DNA of 64,000 bases from an uncultured Bacteroidota bacterium (GTDB lineage: Bacteria > Bacteroidota > Bacteroidia > Bacteroidales > VadinHA17). The translations under genes and the position numbers were made by a program. The DNA lies in contig CALMJY010000171.1 in assembly GCA_937864815.1 (NCBI GenBank), forward strand, positions 1,997 to 65,996, given 5' to 3'. Below the pieces are notes generated by a model. The model was not told where the DNA came from. It did not search any database and worked only from the letters and a program-made list of their open reading frames with translations. Positions 37,416 through 46,762 of the stretch are shown one piece after another. How positions within the stretch are numbered: position 1 is the first letter of the stretch; every line of letters begins with the position of its first letter.

Positions 37416-40192
37416 CGGTACAAAAGGTATTTCTGCCTTACGTTCATAAAATCAGCCACTTCATCCTGGCAGGACTTAACGATATCATCGACTGTCATAC
37501 CTGGTTCTTCGAGTCGCCTGATCACAGGCGGAGGATTCCAGACAAGAGAGTCAGGTGATATTTTCCGGAATGTATCAAAAATATGGACAGCAGCTTCCAC
37601 TGACCTGTATGATGCCGGTTCCGTAAGCATTATCTCCACCCCTCCACACATTTTATTCCATGGCTTCCCTCCTGCATTATTGAGTGTGTCTGCAATCTGA
37701 GGGATAAAATACACCGGACGGAATACTGCACCTTTTATTCTTCTGCTGTTCAGTGTATCTGCCGCCCTTTCAGCATCGATCCATGTCGATCCTGTAAGCA
37801 GGAAAGGTTTTGTTGTACCCCTTCCTTCAGAGATATTCGTTCTCTCGAACAGGCACTGTCCGGGATATACAACTGCTGTTTCGTAAGTGTCCATATTTGG
37901 CGAAGGCATCACCCATGGAAGTCCGGTCTCATCCCACATCATGCTGCGGCGCCATCCTTTCATTTTAATGACAGTGAGGTTTGTACCAAATCCTTCTGTC
38001 TCATTCCACATAGTTGCAAGCTCTCCATAAGTCATCCCATGCCTTAGAGGAAGAGGATGGCGGAATATGCTTCCAATGTCCAGCAACGGCCCTTCTACAA
38101 CTCTTCCACCGAGTGGATTTGGTCTGTCAAGAACTAAGAAAGGAATTCCTGCCTCGGCACATGCCTGCATGGCAAATGACATTGAGTATTTGAAAGTATA
38201 CCATGCTGATCCAACACCCTGGATATCAAATATAAGTACATCTATATTATTGAGCCACTCATTTTTCGGTGCGAATGAATCGCCATACATGCTGTAAACA
38301 GGTATGCCTGTGCGAGGATCAGGCTCACCCTCCTGGATGATCCTGCCCTGTTTTTCACCCCGGACACCATGTTCTGCACCAAAAAGTGCTACCAGGTTTA
38401 CACCCGGAGTACCAGCAAGTATATCGATACTGCTTCTCATATCTGTGCCGACAGCTGATGGATTAGTAATAAGCCCCACTCTCTTTCCCTTTATTAGATC
38501 CAGGTGGTTTTCAACAAGAACATTAATTCCGGGAGTGACATCAGGTACAGGGATATCTGTTATTTTCTTAACAGCAGAATATCTGTCAAGTATAGATTCC
38601 AGTGACTGAGTTTCACTATGTGGTACTCTTTCAACCTTCAGAGTGGTAAGTGAACTTTCATTTCCGAAATGATCCACTGCAGAAACGGCAATGCTGTCTA
38701 GAGGTAAAAGAATTTCTTCAACATTCTTAATTGTTGCAGGATCGATGCGGTTAAGCAGAACCTTGTTAACCATAAATGCCGGTACTTTATCAGATAGGGT
38801 ACCGGCACCATGAATATCATAGTTCCATTGTGCCCCATGCCTGAAATAAACCACCCATCTTGATACATCCTTAATGTTATCATGTTTCCATGTAACTCTT
38901 AGTGTATCATTTTCAACCGAGATACTGATTTCCGGAGGAACAGGAGCTTTTTTGTCAAGCCATGGAGACGGAGGTACCAGTGCTTTTCTGTTATACGGTC
39001 CATCAGACAAAGCACTTGCCAGCTTTTGGTTAGCGGCTATTGGACCAATGCTCCAATGAACAACTCCGGGACTCAGGGGAAGCATTCCGCGGGCTATCAT
39101 TATCTGGTTCATGGTTTCATCGATCAGTTTTGACATAGGTTGTATGCTCAGGCTGATCCCGGGCCATAGATGCCTCCCTTTCAGGTTTTCCACATTCCAC
39201 CATCCAAGAAGCAGCGGATAGCTCTGGGGTATCTGGTTGATCTGCCAGTAAAGCTGAGGTGAATAATAATCTACCCAGCCTTTGTTAAGCCATTTACGTG
39301 CATCGGCAAACAGCACATTATGCTGGTCGAAGCCACTTATCGACGGTGGATTGTAGGGTCGCCAGATCCCAAACGGACTTAACCCAAACTTCACCCATGG
39401 TTTTTCTGCCTTTATTCCTTTATATATACGTTCCACCAGCTTATTCACGTTTTCCCTTCTCCAGTCGCCCCGCGAGAGTTTGCCTCCGGCTTTCAGATAA
39501 GCCTGCCAGCTCTCATCATCGGGAAAATCCTTATCGTTATTATAGGATGGATAGGGGTAGAAATAATCGTCGAAGTGAATACCGTCAAGATTATACCTGC
39601 GGACAAGGTCCATAACAACGTTATAAGTCTGATCCTGAACAGCTTGTTTTGTAGGTTCCATCCACCAGTAACCCTTCTCAAGCTTAACAACAAGTTCAGG
39701 TCTTTTCCTTACAATTGAGGCATCGGTAACCTCTCCTCCTGCTAAATGGTGAGCCCTGTAGGGATTAAGCCATGCATGAAGTTCAATACCCCGCGCATGA
39801 GCTTCTTTGACCCAGAATTCAAGAGGATCATAAAACGGATCCGGAGCCTTGCCCTGAATACCGGTGAGATAATATGACCATGGTTCCAGCCCGCTCTGAT
39901 ACAGGGCATCACACTGGGGTCTTACCTGGAAAATAACAGCATTGAAGTTGTTATTATAAAGCAGGTCAAGAAGTTCGATTGCCTCTTTCTTCTGCTGGTC
40001 GACAGAAAGTCCTGGTTTGCTTGGCCAGTTGATATTCGCCACAGTTGCGACCCAGGCAGCCCTGAATTCTCTCTCAGCGCACGGGGTACGCCCCGAAGGG
40101 TCGCCTGTTGAAACCTTTTTCGTAACGGTACACCCTGTTGCTAAGATCAGCAGCGATACAGCCAGGGTAATGATTATCACTTTTTTTATCAT
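37412..40192 (-). CDS. lipoprotein fusion: GHL10 (DUF187/YngK-like glycosyl hydrolase-like) N-domain + DUF1343/NamZ (exo-beta-N-acetylmuramidase, GH171) C-domain
   Basis: Lipobox LILATGC. The N-half starts REFRAAWVATVANINWPS.. (GHL10-like). The C-half has GLITNPSAVG.., LFGAEHGVRGE and FDIQGVGSAWYT (DUF1343). Confidence 0.7.
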   Translation of the reverse strand: MIKKVIIITLAVSLLILATGCTVTKKVSTGDPSGRTPCAEREFRAAWVATVANINWPSKPGLSVDQQKKEAIELLDLLYNNNFNAVIFQVRPQCDALYQSGLEPWSYYLTGIQGKAPDPFYDPLEFWVKEAHARGIELHAWLNPYRAHHLAGGEVTDASIVRKRPELVVKLEKGYWWMEPTKQAVQDQTYNVVMDLVRRYNLDGIHFDDYFYPYPSYNNDKDFPDDESWQAYLKAGGKLSRGDWRRENVNKLVERIYKGIKAEKPWVKFGLSPFGIWRPYNPPSISGFDQHNVLFADARKWLNKGWVDYYSPQLYWQINQIPQSYPLLLGWWNVENLKGRHLWPGISLSIQPMSKLIDETMNQIMIARGMLPLSPGVVHWSIGPIAANQKLASALSDGPYNRKALVPPSPWLDKKAPVPPEISISVENDTLRVTWKHDNIKDVSRWVVYFRHGAQWNYDIHGAGTLSDKVPAFMVNKVLLNRIDPATIKNVEEILLPLDSIAVSAVDHFGNESSLTTLKVERVPHSETQSLESILDRYSAVKKITDIPVPDVTPGINVLVENHLDLIKGKRVGLITNPSAVGTDMRSSIDILAGTPGVNLVALFGAEHGVRGEKQGRIIQEGEPDPRTGIPVYSMYGDSFAPKNEWLNNIDVLIFDIQGVGSAWYTFKYSMSFAMQACAEAGIPFLVLDRPNPLGGRVVEGPLLDIGSIFRHPLPLRHGMTYGELATMWNETEGFGTNLTVIKMKGWRRSMMWDETGLPWVMPSPNMDTYETAVVYPGQCLFERTNISEGRGTTKPFLLTGSTWIDAERAADTLNSRRIKGAVFRPVYFIPQIADTLNNAGGKPWNKMCGGVEIMLTEPASYRSVEAAVHIFDTFRKISPDSLVWNPPPVIRRLEEPGMTVDDIVKSCQDEVADFMNVRQKYLLYR

Positions 40193-40210
40193 AGCAATGG
40201 TTTGTTCTAT

Positions 40211-41329
40211 TTACTTAATGTTATTAATCGTTTTAAAGACTATCCCTTCATAGGGAGACTTTACGCCCGCCTCAAATAAAAGGCCCAGTTCTCCGGTCTT
40301 TAATAATGTTATATCAGAATATGCAGATGGTCCTGTGTGTAATAACTTTGTTACGGCCCAGGTCTTTCCTTCATCATAACTTATTCTGAGAGTCATTTTT
40401 TCTCTCGAATCTTCACTTGCAGGATTTGTAAAGAAAAGCATTTTCTTTTTCGGATGATTGAAAAGGCTGGCCTGACATATTGGTTCAATAAGCACCGGAT
40501 CAGACCAGAGGTTGCTCCAGGTTAAGCCTCCGTCATTACTCACGGAAACCTTACGTGTCTTCTGGGTACGGTCATAATTCCGCATGTTCAGCATTAGCTT
40601 TCCGCCGGTAAGCTCCGCAATAGTGCACTCATTAACCTGATCCTGGGGTGTTGTACCACCCGGGTTCCAGGTTTTACCGTTGTTGTCGGAATAAATAATA
40701 TGTGAAAAATATTTTCCGGTAACTGCCTCAATATGATCGCTGGGGATAATCAGTCGCCCTTTGTATTCACCCGCCTGCACCTGTATACCATGACAGGGTC
40801 CGGTTGCATACCAGGTCCAGTTACCCTGCTTAACAGATGTTGTTATCTCTACAGGTTCTGACCAGGTTAATCCATCGTCTTCAGAAACTATGAGATAGAT
40901 CCTCCTGGTGTCTCTGCTTGTCTTGTCAATGATCTGAGGTTCATGATCGCTCCCCAGATTCCAGGTAGAAAGCAGAAAGATCTTACCGGTTTTCGCATCC
41001 TGAACCGGTGCAGGATTACCGCAGACATTCTCACCATCATCCCATACAACCACCAGGTCGCTCCATGTTTTGCCATTATCTTCCGAGCGCTTCGTTACAA
41101 GATCTATATCACCTGTATCGGATGATGTATTCTTCCTTCCCTCTGCAAATGCCAGTATTGTACCGTTTTTTGTGGTAATCAGGGCAGGTATTCTGAAAGT
41201 ATTATATGCTCCCGTACCGCTCTCAAATAAGTACTCTGGTTTCTTCTCTGCTGAATGTGACTGTCCAAATGATTTGAATGAGGATATCAGGAACAAAAAA
41301 AACAATGAAACCAGAAATGTCCTTTTCAT
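40211..41329 (-). CDS. exo-alpha-sialidase (GH33)
   Basis: It has a signal peptide, the FRIPAL motif and five Asp-boxes (SEDNGKTW, SEDDGLTW, SDNNGKTW, SNDGGLTW, SYDEGKTW). Confidence 0.92.
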   Translation of the reverse strand: MKRTFLVSLFFLFLISSFKSFGQSHSAEKKPEYLFESGTGAYNTFRIPALITTKNGTILAFAEGRKNTSSDTGDIDLVTKRSEDNGKTWSDLVVVWDDGENVCGNPAPVQDAKTGKIFLLSTWNLGSDHEPQIIDKTSRDTRRIYLIVSEDDGLTWSEPVEITTSVKQGNWTWYATGPCHGIQVQAGEYKGRLIIPSDHIEAVTGKYFSHIIYSDNNGKTWNPGGTTPQDQVNECTIAELTGGKLMLNMRNYDRTQKTRKVSVSNDGGLTWSNLWSDPVLIEPICQASLFNHPKKKMLFFTNPASEDSREKMTLRISYDEGKTWAVTKLLHTGPSAYSDITLLKTGELGLLFEAGVKSPYEGIVFKTINNIK

Positions 41330-41422
41330 ATTGATTTATGTTAATGTATTCAAATTTATACTATAAATCGGATGTTTCTGTATTTCAATCGTAATGTGTA
41401 TTATATTTAAGAATAATTTTTA

Positions 41423-41506
41423 ACCACAGAGGACTCGAAGGATTCACAAAGAACACAGAGTAAGAATCTTTGTGCACTCAGTTTACAACTCTGTGATCTC
41501 TGTGGT
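41423..41506. repeat. CACAGAG/CTCTGTG nested-hairpin element
   Basis: ACCACAGAG..CACAGAGT..ACTCTGTGATCTCTGTGGT followed by A6. The outer and inner arms are complementary. Confidence 0.75.
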
Positions 41507-41546
41507 AAAAAATAATATCAAGATTTAAACTTTTTAACTAACTATT

Positions 41547-42884
41547 ATGTGGCTGATAATCCTGCTTCTTATTTCAATAGCATTTATAATCATCACTTCG
41601 ACAAAATTCAAGTGGCATCCATTTCTTTCCCTATTGATTGCAGCAATAGGGTTCGGGGCATTTTCAGGAACTATGTCGCTTGATCAGGTTGTAAAATCAG
41701 TAAATACAGGCTTTGGCAATACCGTTGGTTTTATCGGAATTGTAATTCTTGCAGGATCAATTATCGGAACTTTCCTTGAAAAATCAGGCGGAGCCCATTC
41801 TCTTGCTGCAGGCACACTTAAAATTGTGGGTAAGAAAAATGTGCCGCTTGCACTAAGTATAATAGGTTATATTGTAAGTATACCTGTTTTTTGTGATTCA
41901 GGTTTTATAATCATATCACCACTGGCAAAAGCAATGACAAGAGAGGTAAAAATATCATTTGCCATAGGAGCAATTGCACTGAGTCTCGGACTGATAATCA
42001 CGCATTCAATAATACCTCCGACTCCTGGTCCTATTGGAGCTGCAGGCATTCTTAATGCTGACCTCGGACTTGTTATTATACTTGGAATTCCAGTAAGTCT
42101 TGCCGGTCTGATTGCTGCATGGATGTTTGCAGTCAAAATTGTTCCAAAAATAAAATATGAATATGATCATGAATCTGTTGAAGAAGCCAGGGAAATAAAG
42201 GATTACCCATCTGCGACGAAATCGTTATTTCCGATTTTTGCACCTATATTGCTTATCATCCTCAGGTCAGTTGCACAGTTGCCCTCAGCTCCATTCGGAA
42301 CTGGAAATTTATCCGGTATCATCAGTTTCCTCGGTCAGCCGGTTATTGCACTGCTCATTGGAGTTGCCATGGCATTGCTTCTTCCAAAGAAACTTACAAA
42401 AGACATGATTTCGTCAACCGGCTGGGTGGGCGAAGCAGTTCTGGCTGCCGCTACAATAATTATCATTACCGGATGTGGCGGTGCATTCGGTCAGGTTCTT
42501 CAGAGTTCGGGAATAGGTGATTTCATAAAGGATAACCTTTCAGGGGCAAAGAGTCTGGGAATTTTATTACCTATAATCATAGCCGCATCATTTAAAACAG
42601 CTCAGGGTTCAGGAACGGTAGCAATTATAACAGGAGCAGGTCTTATGGCTCCTTTACTTACACCACTTGGGATGGACAGTCCGATGGCCAGGGCACTGGT
42701 TGTAGTGGCACTGGGATCCGGAGCACTTATGGCCAGCCATGTAAATGACAGCTATTTCTGGGTCGTTACCCAGATTTCGAAGATGAATGTGAACCAGGGA
42801 TACAAACTCCAGACTCTCGGGACATTTACCACAGGCATTGTATGCTCCCTTGCTGCCTGGATAATGAGTCTGTTTATTTTATGA
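41547..42884 (+). CDS. GntP-family (gluconate/acid-sugar:H+) permease
   Basis: A 445-aa polytopic protein with typical GntP layout and N-terminus. Confidence 0.8.
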   Translation: MWLIILLLISIAFIIITSTKFKWHPFLSLLIAAIGFGAFSGTMSLDQVVKSVNTGFGNTVGFIGIVILAGSIIGTFLEKSGGAHSLAAGTLKIVGKKNVPLALSIIGYIVSIPVFCDSGFIIISPLAKAMTREVKISFAIGAIALSLGLIITHSIIPPTPGPIGAAGILNADLGLVIILGIPVSLAGLIAAWMFAVKIVPKIKYEYDHESVEEAREIKDYPSATKSLFPIFAPILLIILRSVAQLPSAPFGTGNLSGIISFLGQPVIALLIGVAMALLLPKKLTKDMISSTGWVGEAVLAAATIIIITGCGGAFGQVLQSSGIGDFIKDNLSGAKSLGILLPIIIAASFKTAQGSGTVAIITGAGLMAPLLTPLGMDSPMARALVVVALGSGALMASHVNDSYFWVVTQISKMNVNQGYKLQTLGTFTTGIVCSLAAWIMSLFIL

Positions 42885-42925
42885 GTAAATTTACAATAAG
42901 CAAATAAAGACCTTTCCGATAATAC

Positions 42926-42989
42926 CACCCCTAAATCCCCCAGGGGGGACTTTAAGAAATCGGAAAGCCCCCCTTGGGGGGTTGGGGGT
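42926..42989 (+). repeat. family-A element, copy A3
   Basis: Both arms are present with a 12-nt centre (TAAGAAATCGGA). The right arm has GGTT-GGGGGT. Confidence 0.9.
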
Positions 42990-43031
42990 GGATTTACGCG
43001 AAAATTATAACAATAATTAAGTAGTCATATT

Positions 43032-44279
43032 ATGAATTCTACCAATAATATCCGACTTACCAAAGTCCGGCAACACTTTCCAAAGAACGGACTTGCCGAT
43101 GTGAAAGGAGAAGTTTCAAAAGAACTTCAAAGACTTAAGCCACTCATCAAACCAGGAGGCAGTATAGCAGTGGCAGTTGGCAGTCGCGGAATAAAAAACA
43201 TTGTCCTGATTGTAAGGGAAGTAACCGGGTTCATTAAAGCTAATGGAGGTATTCCGTTTATTGTTCCGGCGATGGGCAGCCATGGGAATGCTATTGCCGA
43301 AAATCAGGCACAGATTCTTGCTGACTATGGTATTTCTGAAGAAACAATCGGAGTACCTGTCAGATCATCGATGGAAGTAACTGAGCTGCCAAAAGGTGAT
43401 TCTCCGGTACCGGTATTTATTGATAAAAACGCATACCATTCTGATGGCATAATACTGATAAACAGGATAAAGCCTCATACAGACTATCACGGTTCATATG
43501 AAAGCGGGATGGTCAAAATGACTGTAATCGGACTAGGAAAAGAGAAGCAGGCATCGGCAATTCACAGCTATGGGGTATACGGACTTGCCGAACTGATTCC
43601 GGTTGTTGCCAGTGAAATAATATCTACAGACAAGATCATCGGCGGGATTGCTATTGTTGAAAATGCATTCGATGATACAATGATTGTTAAAGCTCTCAGA
43701 GCCGATGAGTTTTTTGAAAAGGAACCTTCACTCCTTAAAGCTGCAAAGGACAACATGCCATATATCCCGGCAGATAATATTGATCTGCTGATAATTGACG
43801 AAATGGGGAAAAACCTTAGCGGTGTTGGCGTCGATCCGAATATTATTGGAAGGATGAAGATTTACGGACAACCCGAGCCAGAAAGACCCAAAATCAAATC
43901 CATAATAATTGCAGATATTACAAAGGAGTCGCATGGAAACGCAATCGGAGTCGGACTGGCAGATGTTATACCCAGGAGCCTGTTCAACAAGATAGATTTC
44001 CCTTCAACTTATACAAATGGCATTACAAGCAGCTTTTATGAAAGAATAAAGATCCCAGTTATTGCTGAAACAGACAAGGATGCATTTAATATTGCCCTGA
44101 GGGGTTGCGGATATATTAAAGATGGAGAGGAGAAAATTGTAAGGATAAAGAACACACTTCATCTCGAGGAATTATATGTATCTGATTCTGTCCTGGAGGA
44201 GATAAAGGATTCCGGGAAGATTGAAATTATTGAGAGAAATGTTGAACTGTTTAATGTATCGGATTTTGCCCGGTTTTAA
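43032..44279 (+). CDS. DUF2088 / LarA-N (lactate-racemase-like) family protein, tentative
   Basis: A 415-aa protein. Motifs AVGSRGI, PAMGSHG and RIKPHTDYHGSYESGMVKM resemble that family as I recall it. This cannot be verified without a search. Confidence 0.5.
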   Translation: MNSTNNIRLTKVRQHFPKNGLADVKGEVSKELQRLKPLIKPGGSIAVAVGSRGIKNIVLIVREVTGFIKANGGIPFIVPAMGSHGNAIAENQAQILADYGISEETIGVPVRSSMEVTELPKGDSPVPVFIDKNAYHSDGIILINRIKPHTDYHGSYESGMVKMTVIGLGKEKQASAIHSYGVYGLAELIPVVASEIISTDKIIGGIAIVENAFDDTMIVKALRADEFFEKEPSLLKAAKDNMPYIPADNIDLLIIDEMGKNLSGVGVDPNIIGRMKIYGQPEPERPKIKSIIIADITKESHGNAIGVGLADVIPRSLFNKIDFPSTYTNGITSSFYERIKIPVIAETDKDAFNIALRGCGYIKDGEEKIVRIKNTLHLEELYVSDSVLEEIKDSGKIEIIERNVELFNVSDFARF

Positions 44280-44324
44280 TTATTTTTTTTCTTTGAGTGA
44301 ATTCTATACCTTGTGACAATCATT

Positions 44325-44387
44325 ACCCCCAAACCCCCCAAGGGGGGCTTTGTGCAAAGGTAAGTCCCCCTCGGGGGATTTAGGGGT
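44325..44387 (-). repeat. family-A element, copy A4 (reverse orientation)
   Basis: It is the reverse complement of the canonical element, with a 10-11 nt centre and the variant CCCCCGAGGGGGA in the left arm. Confidence 0.9.
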
Positions 44388-44430
44388 AAATGGATAGGAA
44401 AGGATTAAAAGATTTTCAATACAATATTGT

Positions 44431-45729
44431 ATGGCTGGCAAAAAGCTCTTATTAGCCACTCCGCAGAAGATCCTCGTTGTTGCCGACGACCTTACGGGTG
44501 CTGTTGATACCGGAGTGCAGTTCAGCAGAAGGAATCTGAAAACTATTGTTGTAACAGGTAATAAAAACATGCACAAAAGTCTCGTTGATTGTGATGTGCT
44601 TGTTGTGGATACAGAAAGCAGGTTTGACACCAGGGATACTGCATATAAAAAAGCATATGATACAGGCAACAAAGCGGGTTCAGAAAACATTAAATACATA
44701 TATAAGAAGATCGACTCAACAATGCGGGGCAACGTGGGGGCTGAAATTGCCGGATTGATGGATTCCCTTAAAATCGCGCATACCCTGGTTGTCCCTGCAC
44801 TGCCACTTTACGGAAGAACCACAATCAAAGGGAATGTTTACATCGACGGGGTCCTTTTGGCTGAAACTGATTATGCAAATGATCCGAAAAATCCAGTAAA
44901 AGAATCCTATATCCCTGCAATAATATCAAAGCAATGCGATAAGAAGACAGGTGTTATCAGCTTCAAAGATTTACTGTCCGGGAAACAGGAAATCGTTTTA
45001 AAGCTCAAAGATCTGATGAATTCAGGGACAGAGATCATTGTTATCGATGCTGAAGATGAGGAGGATCTTCAACTGATTGCCTCGGTGGTGACCGGGACAC
45101 AGAAAAGAGTAATGTATGCAGGGTGCTCCGGATTTGCGGAAAAGCTCGCCGGATATTTTGAATTACAAAAGGGGAAAAAGAGCAATGTTGTTATCGCAGG
45201 CAGTGTTAATAAAATAACAGCCCGACAGGCAGAATATGCGGCCAGAGAGCTGAAAATCAAAGTAATTGACATTGATGGTGAAGATATCATCTCAGGGAGA
45301 AGTGACATGGAAAAAAAACGAATCCTGAAGCTTGTTGAAAAATCAATAGCTGCTGGTGATGACCTGATAATAAGAAGTGCTGCTTCTTCACTATCTGTAA
45401 AGAAATGTCTTGATAAAGGAAGGAAGCTTGGCATGGATGATTACAGAACAAGCGACCTTATTGCGAATTTTCTTGGTGAACTGGCAGGGGAATTTATTAT
45501 AAAAAATAGTCTTAAAGGTATTGTCCTGACCGGAGGTGACACTGCAATAAAAACACTTAATGCATTGCATATTAATGGCATTATCGTAAAAGATGAAATC
45601 ATGCATGGAATTCCCTACGGCTATTTTAACGATAAAAAGTATGGGGAAATGATGGTTGTTACAAAGGCCGGAGGTTTTGGCGGAGAAGATTCCATAGTTA
45701 AAATTCTAAATTTCCTGAGAAATGCCTGA
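44431..45729 (+). CDS. DUF1537 four-carbon acid-sugar kinase (DtnK/DenK/OtnK family)
   Basis: N-terminal VVADDLTGAVDTGVQF and C-terminal VTKAGGFGGEDS are family signatures. Confidence 0.8.
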   Translation: MAGKKLLLATPQKILVVADDLTGAVDTGVQFSRRNLKTIVVTGNKNMHKSLVDCDVLVVDTESRFDTRDTAYKKAYDTGNKAGSENIKYIYKKIDSTMRGNVGAEIAGLMDSLKIAHTLVVPALPLYGRTTIKGNVYIDGVLLAETDYANDPKNPVKESYIPAIISKQCDKKTGVISFKDLLSGKQEIVLKLKDLMNSGTEIIVIDAEDEEDLQLIASVVTGTQKRVMYAGCSGFAEKLAGYFELQKGKKSNVVIAGSVNKITARQAEYAARELKIKVIDIDGEDIISGRSDMEKKRILKLVEKSIAAGDDLIIRSAASSLSVKKCLDKGRKLGMDDYRTSDLIANFLGELAGEFIIKNSLKGIVLTGGDTAIKTLNALHINGIIVKDEIMHGIPYGYFNDKKYGEMMVVTKAGGFGGEDSIVKILNFLRNA

Positions 45730-46720
45730 AAATAGAAAGATACCCCTTATAGGTGTTACTATGGGTGATCCTTCCGGGATCGGTCCGGAAATAATTATAA
45801 AAAGCTTTGAAAATGAGCAGATCAGGAACATCAGATTAGTTGTCATAGGTGACTTCAGTGTTATGAATGAAGCTTATGATCTGCTCAAACCAGGATCATT
45901 TGGACTTCAACCGGTTTACTCCGTTGGTGATTGTACTTACAGCAAAAATATACTTAATGTACTTGACCTTAAACTGTTTGAAGGTTTGCAATTTCAGAGA
46001 GGGACAGTAAATGCCAGTTCCGGAGCAGCAGCATTTGAATGTCTGAAAAAAGCAGCAGAGCTTGCCCTTAATCATGAAATTCATGCTATTGCAACAGCAC
46101 CTCTCAACAAGGAGGCTCTGCACCTGGCCGGACATAAATATGCCGGACATACAGAGATACTGGCTGGACTCACAGGAACAGAAGATTACGCCATGCTGTT
46201 ATATGACAGAAAATTAAGTGTTATTCATGTCTCAACACATATTTCACTTCTTGAAGCAGTTACAGGACTCAGGAGAGAAAGAATTGAAAAGGTGACTGAA
46301 CTGGCCGATGGTTCAATGAAGAGACTACTGGGAAAATCTCCAAGGATTGCTGTGGCAGGACTCAATCCCCACTCCGGAGAGAACGGATTATTCGGAGATG
46401 AAGAGATCAGGGAAATAATACCGGCAATAAAGAACATGAAGCTAAAAGGACTGAATGTTGACGGCCCTGTTTCGCCCGATACCGTTTTCCTGAAGGCTGT
46501 TAACGGAATGTATGATGTTGTGGTGGCCATGTATCATGACCAGGGTCATATTCCGTTAAAGCTGCTTGGCTTTAACACAGGTGTCAATATTACTGTGGGA
46601 CTTCCGTTTATCAGAACCTCTGTGGATCACGGAACTGCATTTGAGATTGCCTGGCAGAAAAAGGCAAATGAAGGGAGCATGGTGGAGGCGATAAAACTTG
46701 CTCACAAGCTTCTTAGATAG
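45722..46720 (+). CDS. pdxA2: PdxA-family 4-phospho-acid-sugar dehydrogenase (decarboxylating), PdxA2-like
   Basis: Motifs GDPSGIGPEI, NPHSGENGLFG, MYHDQGHIPLK and RTSVDHGTAFEIAW. It overlaps the kinase gene by 8 nt. Confidence 0.85.
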   Translation: MPENRKIPLIGVTMGDPSGIGPEIIIKSFENEQIRNIRLVVIGDFSVMNEAYDLLKPGSFGLQPVYSVGDCTYSKNILNVLDLKLFEGLQFQRGTVNASSGAAAFECLKKAAELALNHEIHAIATAPLNKEALHLAGHKYAGHTEILAGLTGTEDYAMLLYDRKLSVIHVSTHISLLEAVTGLRRERIEKVTELADGSMKRLLGKSPRIAVAGLNPHSGENGLFGDEEIREIIPAIKNMKLKGLNVDGPVSPDTVFLKAVNGMYDVVVAMYHDQGHIPLKLLGFNTGVNITVGLPFIRTSVDHGTAFEIAWQKKANEGSMVEAIKLAHKLLR

Positions 46721-46740
46721 GGAGTTTTACTATTTTGTAG

Positions 46741-46748
46741 TATATTTG
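46741..46748 (+). promoter_or_regulatory. candidate -7 box (TATATTTG) for the toxin-antitoxin pair
   Basis: TAnnTTTG match 15 nt upstream of ATG 46763. Confidence 0.3.
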
Positions 46749-46762
46749 TAAAAAGATCAGTT

